Assembly: GCF_006345805.1 (NCBI RefSeq)
Contig: NC_042997.1
Coordinates: forward strand, 33,232,001 to 33,296,000
Source: Octopus sinensis
Taxonomy: Eukaryota
Direction: 5' to 3'
Length of the DNA: 64,000 bases
Shown: positions 1 through 13,470 of the stretch, piece after piece
How the letters are laid out: every line of letters starts with the position of its first letter
Numbering within the stretch: the first letter of the stretch is position 1
The notes under the pieces: model-generated
The model's input: the letters and a program-made list of their open reading frames with translations, nothing else
Told to the model about the DNA's origin: nothing
Database searches by the model: none
Made by a program: the position numbers and the translations under genes

Positions 1-741
1 CAACCCCAACTATGAGACTGGTACACTATTTTATGAAACTCAGCCAGATGATTGATACTATTGACTTTGGTAGAACTTGAACTTAAAACATAATGGGAAA
101 TAATTACAGGTTTGTGAAGGCAAGAATTTTCAATAATGGTTATAAACATACATAGCACCAAAAAGAGAGAAGAAGAGAAAATGAATGAGTAGGAAAAGTG
201 AAAAGTTGTTCTACACAAATAGTATAACATGCATCAGCTTGTTTTAGTGACATGACATTTAAAAAGACTGAAAGAAATTATCTAAAGAGACAACTACATG
301 AACCAGGAGATAGTGATGAAAGATTACGATGACAAAGAAAAATGCAGACATTTGATGTTGAACAAGAGTAGAAGAAACTGAAAAAAATATATATATATAA
401 AACAGTCAGGTAAAGAAATGATGTAGGTGTTGTTGATTGAACTCTTTGGAAATTTACAGTCCAAATACTGACACCTGATAATAAAATATTGAAATTGTTA
501 TTTTCTTTAAAGATTAAAAATGCACATATAAAGTAAGAATATTATGCTGGTCTATATTTGGAATTGGGATTTTTGAATACAGACTTTAAAATCTTTCTCA
601 TTGAAAAGAGACAGTACCTGAATTATGAATAGCAGAATAGCAAAACTATTTAATATTTCATTTATAGTTGTGTGTGTGTGTGTGTGTGTGTGTGTGCATT
701 TATTTATTTGTTATATTTGTATGTCTGTTTGTATTGTTTAT

Positions 742-1049
742 TCTTTTATTCTTTTATTTGCTTCAGTCATTTTGACTGTGGCCACGCTGGAGCACCACCT
801 TTAGTTGAACAAATAGACTCCAGGACTTATTCTTTGTAAGCCTAGTACTTATTCTATCGGTCTCTTTTGCCAAGTCACTAAGTTACGGGGATGTAAGCAC
901 ACCGACATCGGTCGTCAAGCGATGGTGAGGGGACAAACACAGATATACAAACACACACACACACATATGTGATGGGCTTCTTTCAGTTTCCATCTACCAA
1001 ATCCATTCACAAGGGTTTGTTTGGCCCGAGGCTATAGCAGAAGACACTT
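742..1049 (-). mobile_element. SINE family A (tRNA-head, CORE-like), 5'-truncated copy
   Basis: Reverse complement of the family A body and tail (cttcagtcattttgactgtggccacgctggagcacc ... ggcccgaggctatagcagaagacac); tRNA head absent. Confidence 0.85.
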
Positions 1050-1287
1050 CGCTGCCTTCAACATGTCCACATAATGGAAACAAACCAATTATTAAAAGAA
1101 ATACTCTATTCACAGCTGGTTAGCAATACAAGGAGCCAGAGTAGATCCTAATAGAGATGCAAAGATATGCTTAAACACAACATGAGGAGATGAAATTTTG
1201 ATATCACAAGTGGACCATGGCAGCTTAGGACAGAAAGCTATATGACTATAAAGTGGGATAGTCATCAATGACATCAACAAACAGCAA

Positions 1288-1428
1288 GTGAGAAAATAGA
1301 AACATTGCCAGATAAGACTGGAGCCTGGTGCAGCCTTCTGGCTTCCCAGATCCCCGGTCGAACTGTCCAACCCATGTTAGCATGGAGAACGGACATTAAA
1401 CGATGATGATGATGATGATGATGATGAT
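1288..1428 (-). mobile_element. RTE-type 3' end fragment with (CAT)n tail
   Basis: ccagataagactggagcctggtgcagccttctggc...ggacattaaacgatgatgatg matches the 3' terminus seen at 2100-2180 and 6578-6700. Confidence 0.7.
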
Positions 1429-1489
1429 CACTGTATTACTGATTTAACCAGATTATTGGGTGTTGTACATTGCTGCTCACAATGTGCTT

Positions 1490-1710
1490 CCTCACCTTGT
1501 TTCCACCTCATGGGCTACGCAAGCAGGCAGGCAAACATTCCCCTGGATAAGACACCAGTCCATTGCAGGGCTACTCATAGCTGGGTGGATGGGAGCAACA
1601 TGAAATAAAGTGTTTTGCTTAAGAACACAATACACAACTGGTCTATGAATTGAAACCATGATTGCAAGATATTGAGTGCAACATCCTAACTAATAGGCCA
1701 CACACCTTCA
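1490..1710 (-). mobile_element. SINE family D (tRNA-head, V-domain-like 3' part), decayed
   Basis: Minus strand reads gtgtggcctattagttaggatgttgcactc...ggtttcaattc (A/B-box-like), then gttcttaagcaaaacac and ccctgcaatggactggtgtcttatccagggg, resembling the V-SINE motif as I recall it. Confidence 0.6.
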
Positions 1711-1839
1711 CACACACACACACACACAAAAACACACATTATTTGGGTCAAGTCTGTCCCTTGCTACTCTGAGTTTCACCTGTGGATGCACAGGATTTTC
1801 AGGCCAGTTATGACTCTATGCATGCATTTATATATATAT

Positions 1840-2185
1840 GGGCCTCACGGAGGCAAGGTGGCTGAGTTCCTTTCGAGTGTTAGGCTTCACAGAAGCAATG
1901 ACCAAGACTTTTGGCATTATGTCATGCTTGAGAAGACCCATCAAGCTGTGCAAAATCACAGTTGTAACAAACACCGGTGTCACACAAATTGGCACCTGTG
2001 CTGGTGGCACGTAAAGACACCCTGGTGTCATGCAAATGGCACCCAATTGGTGGCATGTAAAAGTACTCATTACAGTCTTGGTGTGGTTGGCATTAGGAAG
2101 GGCATCCAGCTGTAGGGCATCATGCCACATCAGACTGGAGTCTGGTGTAGCCTTCCAGTGTTAAATGATGATGATGATGATAATG
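1840..2185 (+). mobile_element. RTE LINE-derived 3' fragment
   Basis: Shares gcttgagaagaccc, ggcacctgtgctggtggcacgtaaa and ggcattaggaagggcatccagctgtag with the element at 6578-7183; ends in a (GAT)n tail. Confidence 0.7.
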
Positions 2186-2363
2186 ACGATAATTAATGTA
2201 CATAACTCTACAATTATTTATTTGAAAGTTATTAATTTAGATGAAAGGCAATGTTGGCCTCAGTAGGGTTTGAGCTTAGTACATGAGGAACCAGAAGGGG
2301 TAAGGATAAATTTTGGATGAAATTGGCAGAGCAGAAGAAATATTCAATGGGGATGAAAATAGT

Positions 2364-2527
<164 letters not shown>

Positions 2528-3276
2528 TATAATAATAAAGAAAAATCTTGGAGTAGTTTTAGAAATAAATAGGCCAGATATGTAACTACAAGTGCTGAAG
2601 GGTAAATCTTGATCTATTGATAGGAAAGTAAATAAGGAATTAAAACTTTGATAACGTATTAAAGAATCAATTAAAAAATGATTAGATGAGGTTAGAAGAT
2701 ATATTAATGGTAAAAATAAAGATAGATCAAATGTGATGATACTGAGGATTTTAACATAAATATAATTGATGGGGAGGATATAATATGTAAAATGTAATTA
2801 GGTGAAATATAATTAAATAAAATAGGATAATTGATTATAGTTCAATGGGCAAGAATACAGAATAGCATAATAGAATATAGTATTAATTGAATGGTTATTA
2901 TTATGAAGATAAAAACAAAATGAGTTAAGTAAAGAAAAGAAGAATGTATTTTAAAGAATGGTTGAGAAGGAGCCAGCATTATGTCTACCTTTAATGTTTC
3001 TTCTTACTTCATCTAATTGTTTTTATTGATCTTTTAAACACTTTATTGGAGTCTTAATTCATTATTTTTCTTATGAATAGGTCAAGATAGACTTCATATA
3101 ACACATCAGCACTTTTAATGATCTAGCTAATACTTTTCACAAACTAGAATTAAACTTTACTCTATCTTTATTATAACACCTCTGTTGATACTCAATTTGT
3201 TTCACACATTGTACTGTGGCCATGCTGGGATATTGCCTTAAAGAGTTTTTGTCAAACAAATTGAATCCCAATTTAA

Positions 3277-3459
3277 CCTTTTAACATTCAGATTACTCTG
3301 TCAAATGTAATGATTATTTATTCGCATTTTTCTCATAGGTCTGAGATTTCAATGATATGATTGTGTATTTTACACTGACATTGTAGGGTAGGTGTGAAAG
3401 GCAGGATCTGGTCAGGGAGAGTATTTTGGCTGGATATGACTGGTTTAAATGCTAAAGGG
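3277..3459. mobile_element. piggyBac-type MITE
   Basis: TTAA at 3273-3276 and 3460-3463 flank imperfect TIRs ccttttaacatt / aatgctaaaggg (10 of 12 match). Confidence 0.7.
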
Positions 3460-3565
3460 TTAAGTTTGATATTTATTCTACTGGTCTCTATTGCTAAACC
3501 ACTAAATTATGGGGACTTCATCCTGCGTTAGTTGTCATAAGGTAGGGAGAAAACACAAACACAAA

Positions 3566-3930
3566 CACACACACACACATGTATATGTCTGTGTGTATGT
3601 GTGTGTGTGTGTATATTCATATGATATATATATATACATAAATGTATTATATTACATATTTTTATATATGTATATATGCTTATGCATTCATATATATATA
3701 AATATGTAATATGTATGAATGTATGTGTATATGTATATATGTGTATATATATATATGTGTATATATATGTATGTGTATATATATGTGTATATATATAGAT
3801 ATATGTATGTATATATAAGTATATGTATATATTATATGTATATATATGTTCATCTGTGCATATATATGTGTATGTGTACATATATGTGTGTGTATACACA
3901 CACACACGCACACACACACACACACACACA
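3566..3930. repeat. (CA)/(TA)/(TG) low-complexity microsatellite tract
   Basis: Directly visible; explains the overlapping YI/CV-rich ORFs. Confidence 0.95.
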
Positions 3931-4352
3931 TTGCATATTCCTCTCGGATTTCCTCCTTCCTCGTATCAATGATGACTGAAATATGATGTTTTGTTGAAAT
4001 GCAACCAGCTACACTCCCAATCAATGCATTATATAAAGATATATAGACATTTGAATACGGCAATATTTATTTTTAGTTTTCCTCTGACCGACTTTGAATC
4101 ACTACTACCATTACATACAACTGGATTAGGATTAATAAATACAATTATTCTTTCAATTTTTTGTTATTCTGTTTTTTTTTGTTTTGTTTTGTTTGTTTGT
4201 TTGTAATGACACCACAGTTATTACTACCGCTCTTGCTACTACTACCACTCTACTATTGTTATAACTGCCGCTGCTGCTACTATTTATTATTACTACTACT
4301 ACTACAACTACTATTACTGCAAATACTACTTATGATAAACCTTTCTACTATA

Positions 4353-4762
4353 GGCGCAGGAGTGGCTGTGTGGTAAGTAGCTTGTTTACCAGCCACATGG
4401 TTCCGGGTTCAGTCCCACTGCGTGGCACCTTGGGCAAGTGTCTTCTACTATAGCCTCGGGCCGACCAAAGCCTTGTGAGTGGATTTGGTAGACGGAAACT
4501 GAAAGAAGCCCGTCGTATATACATGTATATATATGCGAGTGTGTGTTTGTGTGTCTGTGTTTGCCCCCTAGCATTGCTTGACAACCGATGCTGGTGTGTT
4601 TATGTCCCTGTTACTTAACAGTTCGTCAAAAGAGCCCAATAGAATAAGTACTGGGCTTACAAAAGAATAAGTCCCGGGGTCGAGTTGCTCGATTAAAGGC
4701 GGTGCTCCAGCATGGCTGCAGTCAAATGACTGAAACAAGTAAAAGAGTAAAAGAGTAAAGAG
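4353..4762 (+). mobile_element. SINE family A, full length, nested in the tail of a SINE B' copy
   Basis: Head ggcgcaggagtggctgtgtgg (A box) and ggttcagtccc (B box), CORE-like ttgggcaagtg, internal (TA)(TG) tract, (gagtaaaa)n tail; tataggc occurs at both junctions. Confidence 0.93.
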
Positions 4763-4765
4763 TAT

Positions 4766-4968
4766 AGGCAAATGGCCTGAAATTTTGATGGGGAGGAGGC
4801 TTGGTATAATTGACTACTTCAACCCCAGTTCTCAACTGGCATTTATTTCCTTCATTCTAAAGTGATGAAAGGTAAAGTTGACATTGGTGGAATTGGAACT
4901 CTCAACATAAAGACAGACGAAATGCTGCTAAGCATTTTGTCTAGCATATTAAAGAGTCTGCCTGCTCA
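4766..4968 (-). mobile_element. SINE family B' (variant tail), strongly CpG-decayed
   Basis: ttgacattggtggaattggaactc...agcattttgtctagcata corresponds to tcgacctcggcggaatttgaactc...agcatttcgcccggcgtg with nearly every CG converted to TG/CA. Confidence 0.8.
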
Positions 4969-4973
4969 CTAAA

Positions 4974-5364
4974 TCTCTCTATATATATAAAGCTGAAGTT
5001 GTCTGTATATGGCAGGTTTGGTAACCTTCAACTAACACTATCTCCTCCGAGACCCTGCGGCGCAAGTTGACCAAAATTGAGAGTATGATAGAAGGCTTAT
5101 TCTTCCTTCCATAGAAGAAAAAATTCAAATCAGACCATGTTAACACCAAAAATTATTTACATTAAAAAGGTGCTTTTTTTCTATGAAAATCCCTATTTTT
5201 TACGATTTTTTGACTGCTGTGTCACCATTTTTCGGAGTATTTCAACCAGAAAAATGTTCACTTTAAGAGAATAACAAGCTACATAATGCAAAATTTTTAC
5301 TTTTTAGAAATTCCAATTCTAAAGTGTTGAAACAAACCCGAGCAGCGCTGGGCAATACTGCTAG
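4974..5364 (+). mobile_element. Non-autonomous Helitron
   Basis: Starts A|TCTCTCTATATATATAAAG, ends CTAG|T, subterminal GC-rich hairpin cccgagcagcgctggg at 5337-5352, no TSD; these are canonical Helitron hallmarks. Confidence 0.8.
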
Positions 5365-6514
5365 TAATAATAAAAATAATCCTTTCTACTATAAACACAA
5401 GGCCTGAAATTTTTGGGGAGGGGCCTGGTGGATTATATCGCTCCCAGTACTCAACTGGTACTCATTTTATTGACCCTGAAAATAAGTAGCACAAATGTAC
5501 TAGGGTTGATTCCATTAACTAAATTGTCTTTTCTCTAAAATGGTCCTTATACACAGTGAAAGTAAATCATTATTTACTTATTCATTCTTTGACTAAGAAC
5601 TGGATTTAGCAAATAAGTACTTAAAGTACTTGTAAGTGGAGGGTTAATGGAATGATCTAACTCTGCTAAGAATAACCTTGTGTACTGATTTCAACTGAAA
5701 CAATCTTCATCGTAAAATTTAAATAAATAAAAAGTAAAGCTGTACTGAACTATTTCTTTCAATAATGTTGAAAGAGACAGCACAATAATTGTCTAATAAT
5801 TAAATGAAACAGCTCCTTTAATGAACACTATGTTATTCCAACTAACCAAATGCCGTTTATTTTCAGTGCTTGTCTTATGTGTCTTATAACTAAGAGAAAG
5901 AAGAGAAAAGCAAGAATTTTTATGACATGTTTTCAAAGACATTCATGAAACTTGTGAATAAATAATGGTAGAGAGAAGGTGGCACCAGTTGTCTGCTTAG
6001 ATACACAAAATATGCAGTGGTATATAATGTGAAACTTAATACAGCAAAAAAAAAATAAATAAACAGAATAAAAGTAATTTAAAAAATAAGAAAAACATTT
6101 GTGAAACAAAGAATTCTCACTACAACATAGCTTTCTTATATACATACATATACTTATGAGCACATACACACACACACACACGTACACATACATACACACA
6201 CACGTGCATCTCAGTGATATAATAATACATTTACTCTACTTGACATATTCAATATTCATAACTTTCTTTGACTACTACTTGCAGACACAATACATATGTA
6301 TATGTGTATATGTGTGTGTTTGTGAATATATATTATGTCAGCCTTTGAATTTTCCTATCCAAAGGTTTTTTAACCCAATATTTACATGTTTTAATTTATA
6401 GTGTTATCTACTTTGAAATACACTATTAGAAACATTATTTTCATATATATGTATATATATATATTTTTTATTTTATCTAGTTTCAGCTCACAACTGTGGC
6501 CATGCTGGGGCACC

Positions 6515-6577
<63 letters not shown>

Positions 6578-6579
<2 letters not shown>

Positions 6580-7183
6580 TAATCATCATCATTTAACATC
6601 TGTTGTCCATGCTGGATGTTGTGACCAGGGCTGGCAAGCTGGTAGGCTGCACCAAACTCCAGTCTGATTTGGCATGGTTTCTGAGAGTGTAATGGGTGCT
6701 TTTACGTGCCACCAGCACAGGTGCCATTTGCCTGACACCAATTTTTCTATAACTGCGATTTTACTTGTCTTGATGAGTCTTATTCTCAAGCATGACATAA
6801 TGCTAAAGGTCTTGTTCATTGCCTCCATGATGCACAACATTCAAAAGGAGCTCAGCCACTTTGCCTCTGTGAGCCCCAATGCTTGAAAGGTGCTTTTTAT
6901 GTGCCACTGGCACAGGTGCCAGTTACATGACACCACCATCAACCACAATTACAACTTCACTTGGCTTGAGGGGTCTTCTCAAGCACACCATATCGTCAAA
7001 GGTCTTGGTCACTAGTCATTACCTCTTTGAGGACCAAAGTTCAAAGATCATGCTTCACCACCTTGTCCCATGTCTTCCTTGGTCTACCTCTACCACAGGT
7101 TCCCACCACAGTTAGAGATCAACACTTCTTTACACAGCTGTCATTGTCCATATGCATCACATGACCATACCAGTGCAATTGTC
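6578..7183 (-). mobile_element. RTE-clade LINE 3' end (ORF C-terminus 6957-7183 plus 3' UTR)
   Basis: Minus-strand translation LHWYGHVMHMDNDSCVKKC*SLTVVGTCGRGRPRKTWDKVVKHDL*TL...VLEKTPQAK* is the typical RTE C-terminal LRWYGHV...GRGRP signature; (CAT)n tail at 6578. Confidence 0.85.
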
Positions 7184-7193
7184 ATGGTTTCTG

Positions 7194-7400
7194 ACTTACT
7201 TTAGCAAATAAAATAATTTGCTAGGCGAAGTCTTCGTCAACAGGTACACCAAATTAAGCATATAAACACGAGGCCAATCCAGCATGTGCCTCTTGCTTAT
7301 ACATTTTAATTTTTTCAAATCCACCGCACAAGCGCAGTTTTTTTTTTTTGCAGCAAAAAGATGCCGGCAATTTCTTCGAACGAATCTTCCAGAAATCATT
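7194..7400 (-). promoter_or_regulatory. Candidate first exon/promoter with GTAAGT donor of a leftward gene
   Basis: Minus strand ...ttgctaaa|GTAAGT (GT at 7199-7198); CpG-containing unique DNA at 7220-7400 abuts CpG-poor DNA to the left. No coding homology recognised. Confidence 0.35.
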
Positions 7401-7545
7401 ATACATAATTAATAATATCAGGGTAATAAATATTTTAGAAATTTTTACTAACACAGAAAGGACCTTTCATCAGTTGTCGGCTGTCTATCTACTCCTGGAC
7501 GTCCTGTATTCATATATGTGTGTGTATATATGTTTATATATATAC

Positions 7546-7596
<51 letters not shown>

Positions 7597-7689
7597 ATTA
7601 TTATATATCGAGAGAGAGAAAGAGAGAGAGATAAAGTAGTGATGCTGATTATGAGTGTCAACAAGTGACCTGAGATAAAATACCCAGGG

Positions 7690-8960
7690 GAGCATTCTAC
7701 ATGTTAACAACCCTATTCATCGAAAGCGACCTCCCTTTTTCTAAAAACGTATATTATCTGAGGAAGTTACGGTTATTATTTCTTGTAGGTTGAGCGACTT
7801 CATATCTTCTCCCTCTGCGGGTATTTATAAAATGTTTCTCAGTGAGAGAGAAAGACAGTTTCTCATTACATTTGTTTCATCAGTGATTTCATATGGTGGG
7901 TTGTATCATATTACATCCGTCTTTTAAAAGTGGTTATTAATTGTTTCTCGTGAGGATTTAAGGTTGTATTGTAGTGACTGCATGAAAGTGTCTGAGATCC
8001 TATTTAATATGATTTAGTCTCAGGATAGATTTACGTTAATGTCTTCAGACACAATTAGAAGGAATAATTCGATTTTAAATATATGTGGAGTAGGCTATTA
8101 TATTCTTTTACCGTTGTTACGTTCATGCCAATAGTTAATCTCAGACTGAATTGATCCATTTATTTTGATGTGTTAGCTGAATGCTTGTTCAAGTCCGTCA
8201 TCTCTGTAAAGGCCCACACTAAGGCCCCTAAATATGTTTTCTTGTTTGTTGAGCACGAACAAAATTAGTACTTTATAAGATACGTGAATTAAGTTACCAA
8301 AGGTAATATCAAAATTGTTTCATCTTTATTCACACACATCTTTGGAAGGAGGAATCTTCTAGCATGCATGATGACATACAATCCGCTTGTGTGATATTTG
8401 CAAGGGATTTGGCAAAAATGCATTTACATATGTAAAATTATATCACGACAGTTATCAAGTGAACTTGTGATATCAAGATCTAAAAAAATTAGAAAAAAAA
8501 TTGCATTTCTCGTTTAGCCTCTGGTTAGCCTTACCGAGTAGACTTATTTATAATAATAGCACCCCATCTTTCTCCTGTATGCAGAGAACTCATGTACCTT
8601 ATCCAATATGTCCTTTCTTTAAGACAGTTATGTGATTTAATGGAAATTTGACTTCTATTTCTAGCAGATAGAACGACTATATACAGATTCCCTTATTGGT
8701 TCGAAATGTTGTATCTCAAATCGCTTGGCTGGTTGTACTAAAATCGTTTTGCTCGAGGTTAACAGGTCTACATTTGGATAAGTTGTCGGAATTGTTATTT
8801 ATGGTTCTTTAATGTAATGGAGACTGTTTTCTTTTTTAGTAATGTTGCTTAGTTCGTCTTCGTATAGCGTTTTGAAGCTCCCTTTCGTGCTTCCGCTTTG
8901 ATTTCTTCGTTGTTTGTTTTTGTATGAAGATGTGATAGTATTGTGTAAGAAGGTGTAAGT
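7690..8960 (-). mobile_element. Penelope-like retroelement RT relic, interrupted by an unclassified repeat at ~8520-8700
   Basis: Minus strand SVGLYRDDGL (YxDD motif, ~8190-8220) and ITLKNHK...SKCRPVN (~8760-8830), resembling the PLE ITLKDHK..KCRLIN motif; many stops and frameshifts. Confidence 0.75.
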
Positions 8961-9378
8961 ATTTAAGCTTGCTTACACTGCATAAGCATTCTGTTTTGTC
9001 AGTAAACACGAGCTGCTCATGAACTTTGAAAAAGCCTCACGTGCTGCACGAGAAAAAACACCCGGCGGCACATGGGCCAATGTGGATGTCTAATAACATC
9101 AGGTACCATTTAAAATTTTCGGTCGTTGTCTGTTATTTTTTTTTACAAATTACCGATGAGTACATGGCCAATTAAGGGGAGTTGCCCAAAACCTTAGCGT
9201 GTGTGAGTATTTCTGGTTGTTACATACATAAACAACCAATAAGGGATCCACTGTGCAACTACCTGACTTGCTCGATTTGAATGCTAGAAATATCTCCTTG
9301 AAACCACGTTTTAAACAACGATCACACTGGATAATTTTGGTTTCAAATTTTGGCACAAGGTAGCGGTATGTGGATTAA

Positions 9379-9609
9379 GGCAGCGAGCTGGCAGAATCGT
9401 TAGCACGCCGGACGGAAACCTTAGCGGTATTTCGTCTGTCTTCACATTCGAGTCAAATTCCGCGCGAGGTCGACTTTGCCTTTCATCCTTTCGGGGTCGT
9501 TTAAATAAGTACCAGTTACGCACTGGGGTCGATATAATCGACTTAATCCGTTTGTCTGTCCTTGTTTGTCCTCTCTGCGTTTAGCCCCTTGTGGGTAGTA
9601 CAGAAATAG
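9379..9609 (+). mobile_element. SINE family B (tRNA-head), full-length monomer
   Basis: ggcagcgagctggcagaatcgttagc (A box), gagtcaaattcc (B box), central gactttgcctttcatcctttcggggtcg, tail gtagtacagaaata followed by ggtatg. Confidence 0.92.
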
Positions 9610-9924
9610 GTATGTCCGATTAAATCGACTCCAATACTTAACGGGTACTCGCTTTATCGACTCCGAAGGGATGGCGGGCAAAATCGACCTCGGCGGAAAA
9701 CAGGTTGCAGAATTCCTGAAAGAAATGTGTTAACGGTTTGAATGCCCTTTGATCACAAATTTGCTTGCTCAGAGTCGGCTTGAGGTTAAATGACAACTAT
9801 TTAACGATACATCGTGGATTCTTCTGCCGTACACAAAAGATTAAGGTTGCGCAATTTTCTCTGAACAACCTCCACAGATGATTTGTTTATAGTGATAAAA
9901 TGTTTGTACTGAACTCTAGCTCAC

Positions 9925-10085
9925 TCCTTCCATTAAGTCGACACGTGTCACGCGTCAGATGTTGAAGTGATCGCAGAGCAACGTGAAATGAAATGTCTTG
10001 CTCAAGAACACACCAAACCTCCTGATGCGGAAATCGAAACCACGAGCTCTCGACCGTGAGTGCAACATTAACCGCTAGGCCACAC
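9925..10085 (-). mobile_element. SINE family D-like copy
   Basis: Minus strand gtggcctagcggttaatgttgcactc...ggtttcgatttcc...gttcttgagcaagacatttcatttcacgttgctc. Confidence 0.75.
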
Positions 10086-10100
10086 GTCTTTATTATAATG

Positions 10101-10266
10101 ATACATACATACATACATACATACATACATACATACATACATACATACAAAAATACATACATACATACATACATACTACATACATACATACATACAAATA
10201 CATACATACATACATACATACATACATACATACATACATACATACATACATACATACATACATACA
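10101..10266. repeat. (TACA)n microsatellite
   Basis: Directly visible. Confidence 0.97.
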
Positions 10267-10329
10267 TTAGATTAGATTAGATTACAATACATCAAACTCT
10301 ATTCCTCACTCATGGTTGCTGAAGTCTCT

Positions 10330-10630
10330 ACACTTGGCAAATGTACCTGCTACCTTATGATTGAGAGACTTTTAAAGATCTAGGCAACAATCCTCACGCA
10401 TAACTGAGAGTGGAATGTTGATCTCTGCTCTGATGTTTTAAATATTCCACTGGGAATATTCTAAGGATATAATCTTTCTGTAATTCTGTTTATTTTGGCA
10501 TTAAATTCATTATCGCTTCTATTACAAAAATCCAGAAGCTAAGGTCTGCAATGGCTAGAGATACCAGTGTAACCCGTAATTTGTTTGTGGACTAAAATTT
10601 ATACTAAAAGTGTTTACAATGCCAACATAC
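10330..10630 (-). pseudogene. Possible class A GPCR relic (TM2-TM3 region)
   Basis: Minus frame LRVTLVSLAIADLSFWIFV (LVSLAIADL at 10541-10567); a shifted frame gives NIPSGIF*NIRAEINIPLSVMR...KVAGTF. Multiple stops. Confidence 0.4.
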
Positions 10631-10780
10631 ACTTAGCGGTTCGGCAAAAGAGACCGATAGAATAAGTACTGGGCTTACAAAAGGATAAGTCCCGGGGTCG
10701 AGTTGCTCGACTAAAGGCGGTGCTCCAGCATGGCCGCAGTCAAATGACTGAAACAAGTAAAAGAGTAAAAGAGTAAAGAG
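10631..10780 (+). mobile_element. SINE family A, 3' half only
   Basis: acttagcggttcggcaaaagagaccg...gtaaaagagtaaaagagtaaagag. Confidence 0.9.
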
Positions 10781-10899
10781 ATACAGCTGGATTTAAAAGC
10801 AACTTTTTCAACTGACAAAAGATTGGGATTTTTTTCAAAACAAGTGTTCGTTTGTTAAACGTGGAAAATTACCAAACCCCTAAACTTGAAACCTGTGCA

Positions 10900-12300
10900 C
10901 CAACGGTCTCATTATTTCTCCGGTTCCACTTAAAGAAAGCTACAAATACCTTGGTATTGATAAAAAATATATCACACGAAGTGTGCTGTTAATAAAGATA
11001 GATAGACCCGAGAATATTATACCCGATTTAGAAAAATACGGTGGTCGGAACTCTCCTCTGACAACAAGACAATAACTCATAATGCATTTTCAGTACCAGT
11101 TCTGACACCAACATTTGGAATGCTTGATTAGCTTGTAGAGGAAATACACTCCATAGATTTTAAAACCTACAAGATCCCGACGTCAGGTGGAAACTTCAAC
11201 AGAAACAGAGATATTGACAGGCTCTGCATAAGAAAAGATGGATGGAATAAAGGCTTGAGATCAATGAAGACAACCTTCGAATGTCATATAACATCTCTCA
11301 AACGGTGCCTGCCAAACAATAGCTGCAAATATATGTATGAACCTTGTACTGAAAAGCGAAGAGAGCAACATTTTGCTTGTGAGCACTAGTTCCCTTACAA
11401 TCTGAAAACAGCTGAACTAACATATCTCAATCACCTCATGAAAATTCGAATGTGAAACGCTCAGTACATCAAAAAAGGTTATGTATGTGTGTTTCCCGAA
11501 GACTTGAAAATGAGAGTAAATTCGGCATGAAGTGCAACCTTTCTTAGACTCGTGACCACTACATCACTTTACATTTCGCAGGCTATCGTCTGCAATCCAA
11601 GAGTAGGATGTTGCTGTAAAATGTTAAATAAGCAAAAAAGACAGTGAAGCCTTTGGAAACCCAAAATGCAATGGAAAATACAATTATGTGGCATTTCTGT
11701 TGAAGACACGTTATTAGCAGCTGCTCGACAATGCCATCAAGGTATAACTCCCAATGTGACACGAAATGGTCATTGGAACAATGACTAATGTCATCTGAAA
11801 AATAGACTGCCCAAGGATAAATATAGAGAACACATTCCAGCTACTTCGTACATACATAAGCATTGACATAAGGGATATTGGTGAAACATCCACATCAAAA
11901 CTTCTACAAAGTGCAAACGCAACAGGCTAGATATCATTGCTTGGGATATTTAGAACAAGTATTTACCGTCATAGAGATAAACTGCGCTGTTGATGTAAAT
12001 AACTGTTCTAAAATCAAAGATAAAGAAGAAAACTGCCGACAACTGCTTCGAAAATCCCAGGTTCTTCACCTACAGTACACGTTTCTGTCAATAATAGTTG
12101 CTGCCCTTGGTTTTGTAAGTAAATGCCTAAGTTGCAAGCTAGAAAGGCTGTGATTTTCAGAAAAAGAAATCAGCCAGCTAACACGCACATTACAAATGCA
12201 GCCTGTGAGCGGAACAATAAAAATACGTAAAGTTTTTTTCTCAAGATCAATATATGAGTTTACTAACTATATTTCCAACGATGGAGCTTTGCATCATTAG
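10900..12300 (+). mobile_element. R4/Dong-type non-LTR retrotransposon relic (RT C-terminus, CCHC region, restriction-like endonuclease)
   Basis: ESYKYLGI (10935-10958); NAFSVPVLTPTFG...DIDRLCIRKDG..KGL; VISSC of the CCHC knuckle; NRLDIIAWD and IEINCAVDVN...IIVAALGFVSKCL (ORF 11878-12153) as the RLE domain; disrupted. Confidence 0.85.
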
Positions 12301-12856
12301 AAACCAGCTTCTTCCTTCTACGAAGATACGAAGATTTTTCAAATATTTGAAAATAGAAGAGTACACATACACACACACACACATCCAGACCTGCAGATGA
12401 AGTATTTTCTTCGTATGCTCCGAGTAATATAATTTTCTTTCAAAGGATTTATTTCAACCGTATATTTTCTATGAGGCACAATGTTTCACTCTCTTACAAA
12501 ATGCTAATGGACATTCAAAGCCCAACATACCTCTACCCATTTCAATGGGATGACTAATTAGTTCCACTTCATTTACTTATGTCTAATTTAAGTAACCTGA
12601 CTTTTCGCAGGACCAATAGACTACCCGTTGTGTCTTAAATGTTGGGATTTCGATTCACATATAATTTGAACACTGGAATTCAGTCAGGTATCCAGTAATT
12701 CAGTCAGGTATCCAGCAAGAAATGGGCCAGTGGTTTGAATTCCATCGATTCAATGTGATGAATGAAGATTTCTTGCTCAAACTCGTACTTAGAGGGTTAT
12801 AAAGTTAATCATCATTTGTATGAAAAAAATGTAAATTTCAACCGTTATCGCCTGCA

Positions 12857-12858
12857 TG

Positions 12859-12890
<32 letters not shown>

Positions 12891-12936
12891 TACACACACA
12901 CACACACACACACATACACACACACATACACACACA

Positions 12937-12968
<32 letters not shown>

Positions 12969-13152
12969 GTTATTTCTCTCTTTGTTTCTCTGTTTCACTG
13001 TAATTTGTAAAAAAAATCCTCTGTGGCCGACAATTTGAAAGAAAAAAAGGTTTTGTTAAAACCGCATAATTATGGCTTTTAAAACGGTTCTATTTAATCG
13101 AAATAATGCTCAAAGTAACCTCAAATATCACTTCAATAGTTATTTTAACACG

Positions 13153-13191
<39 letters not shown>

Positions 13192-13470
13192 ACACACTCA
13201 CACACACACTCACACACACTCACACTCACACACACACACAGACACACCCATACTCACACACTCACACACACTCACACACACTCACACACACTCACACACA
13301 CACACACACTCACACACACACACTCACACTCACACACACACACACACTCACACTCACACACACTCACACACACTCACACACACACACACTCACACACACT
13401 CACACACACACACTCATACACACACACACACACACACACACACTCTCTCTCTCTCTCTCTCACACACACA
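12857..13470. repeat. Two (CA)n/(CACT)n microsatellite tracts (12857-12967, 13151-13470)
   Basis: Directly visible; source of the HTHT ORFs. Confidence 0.97.

Noticed and set aside
247-410. Purine-rich stretch between ttttag and cag|gtaaag as a plus-strand exon
   Set aside because: All three frames contain stops.
12678-12716. Direct repeat aattcagtcaggtatccag x2
   Set aside because: A simple local slippage duplication with no associated structure.
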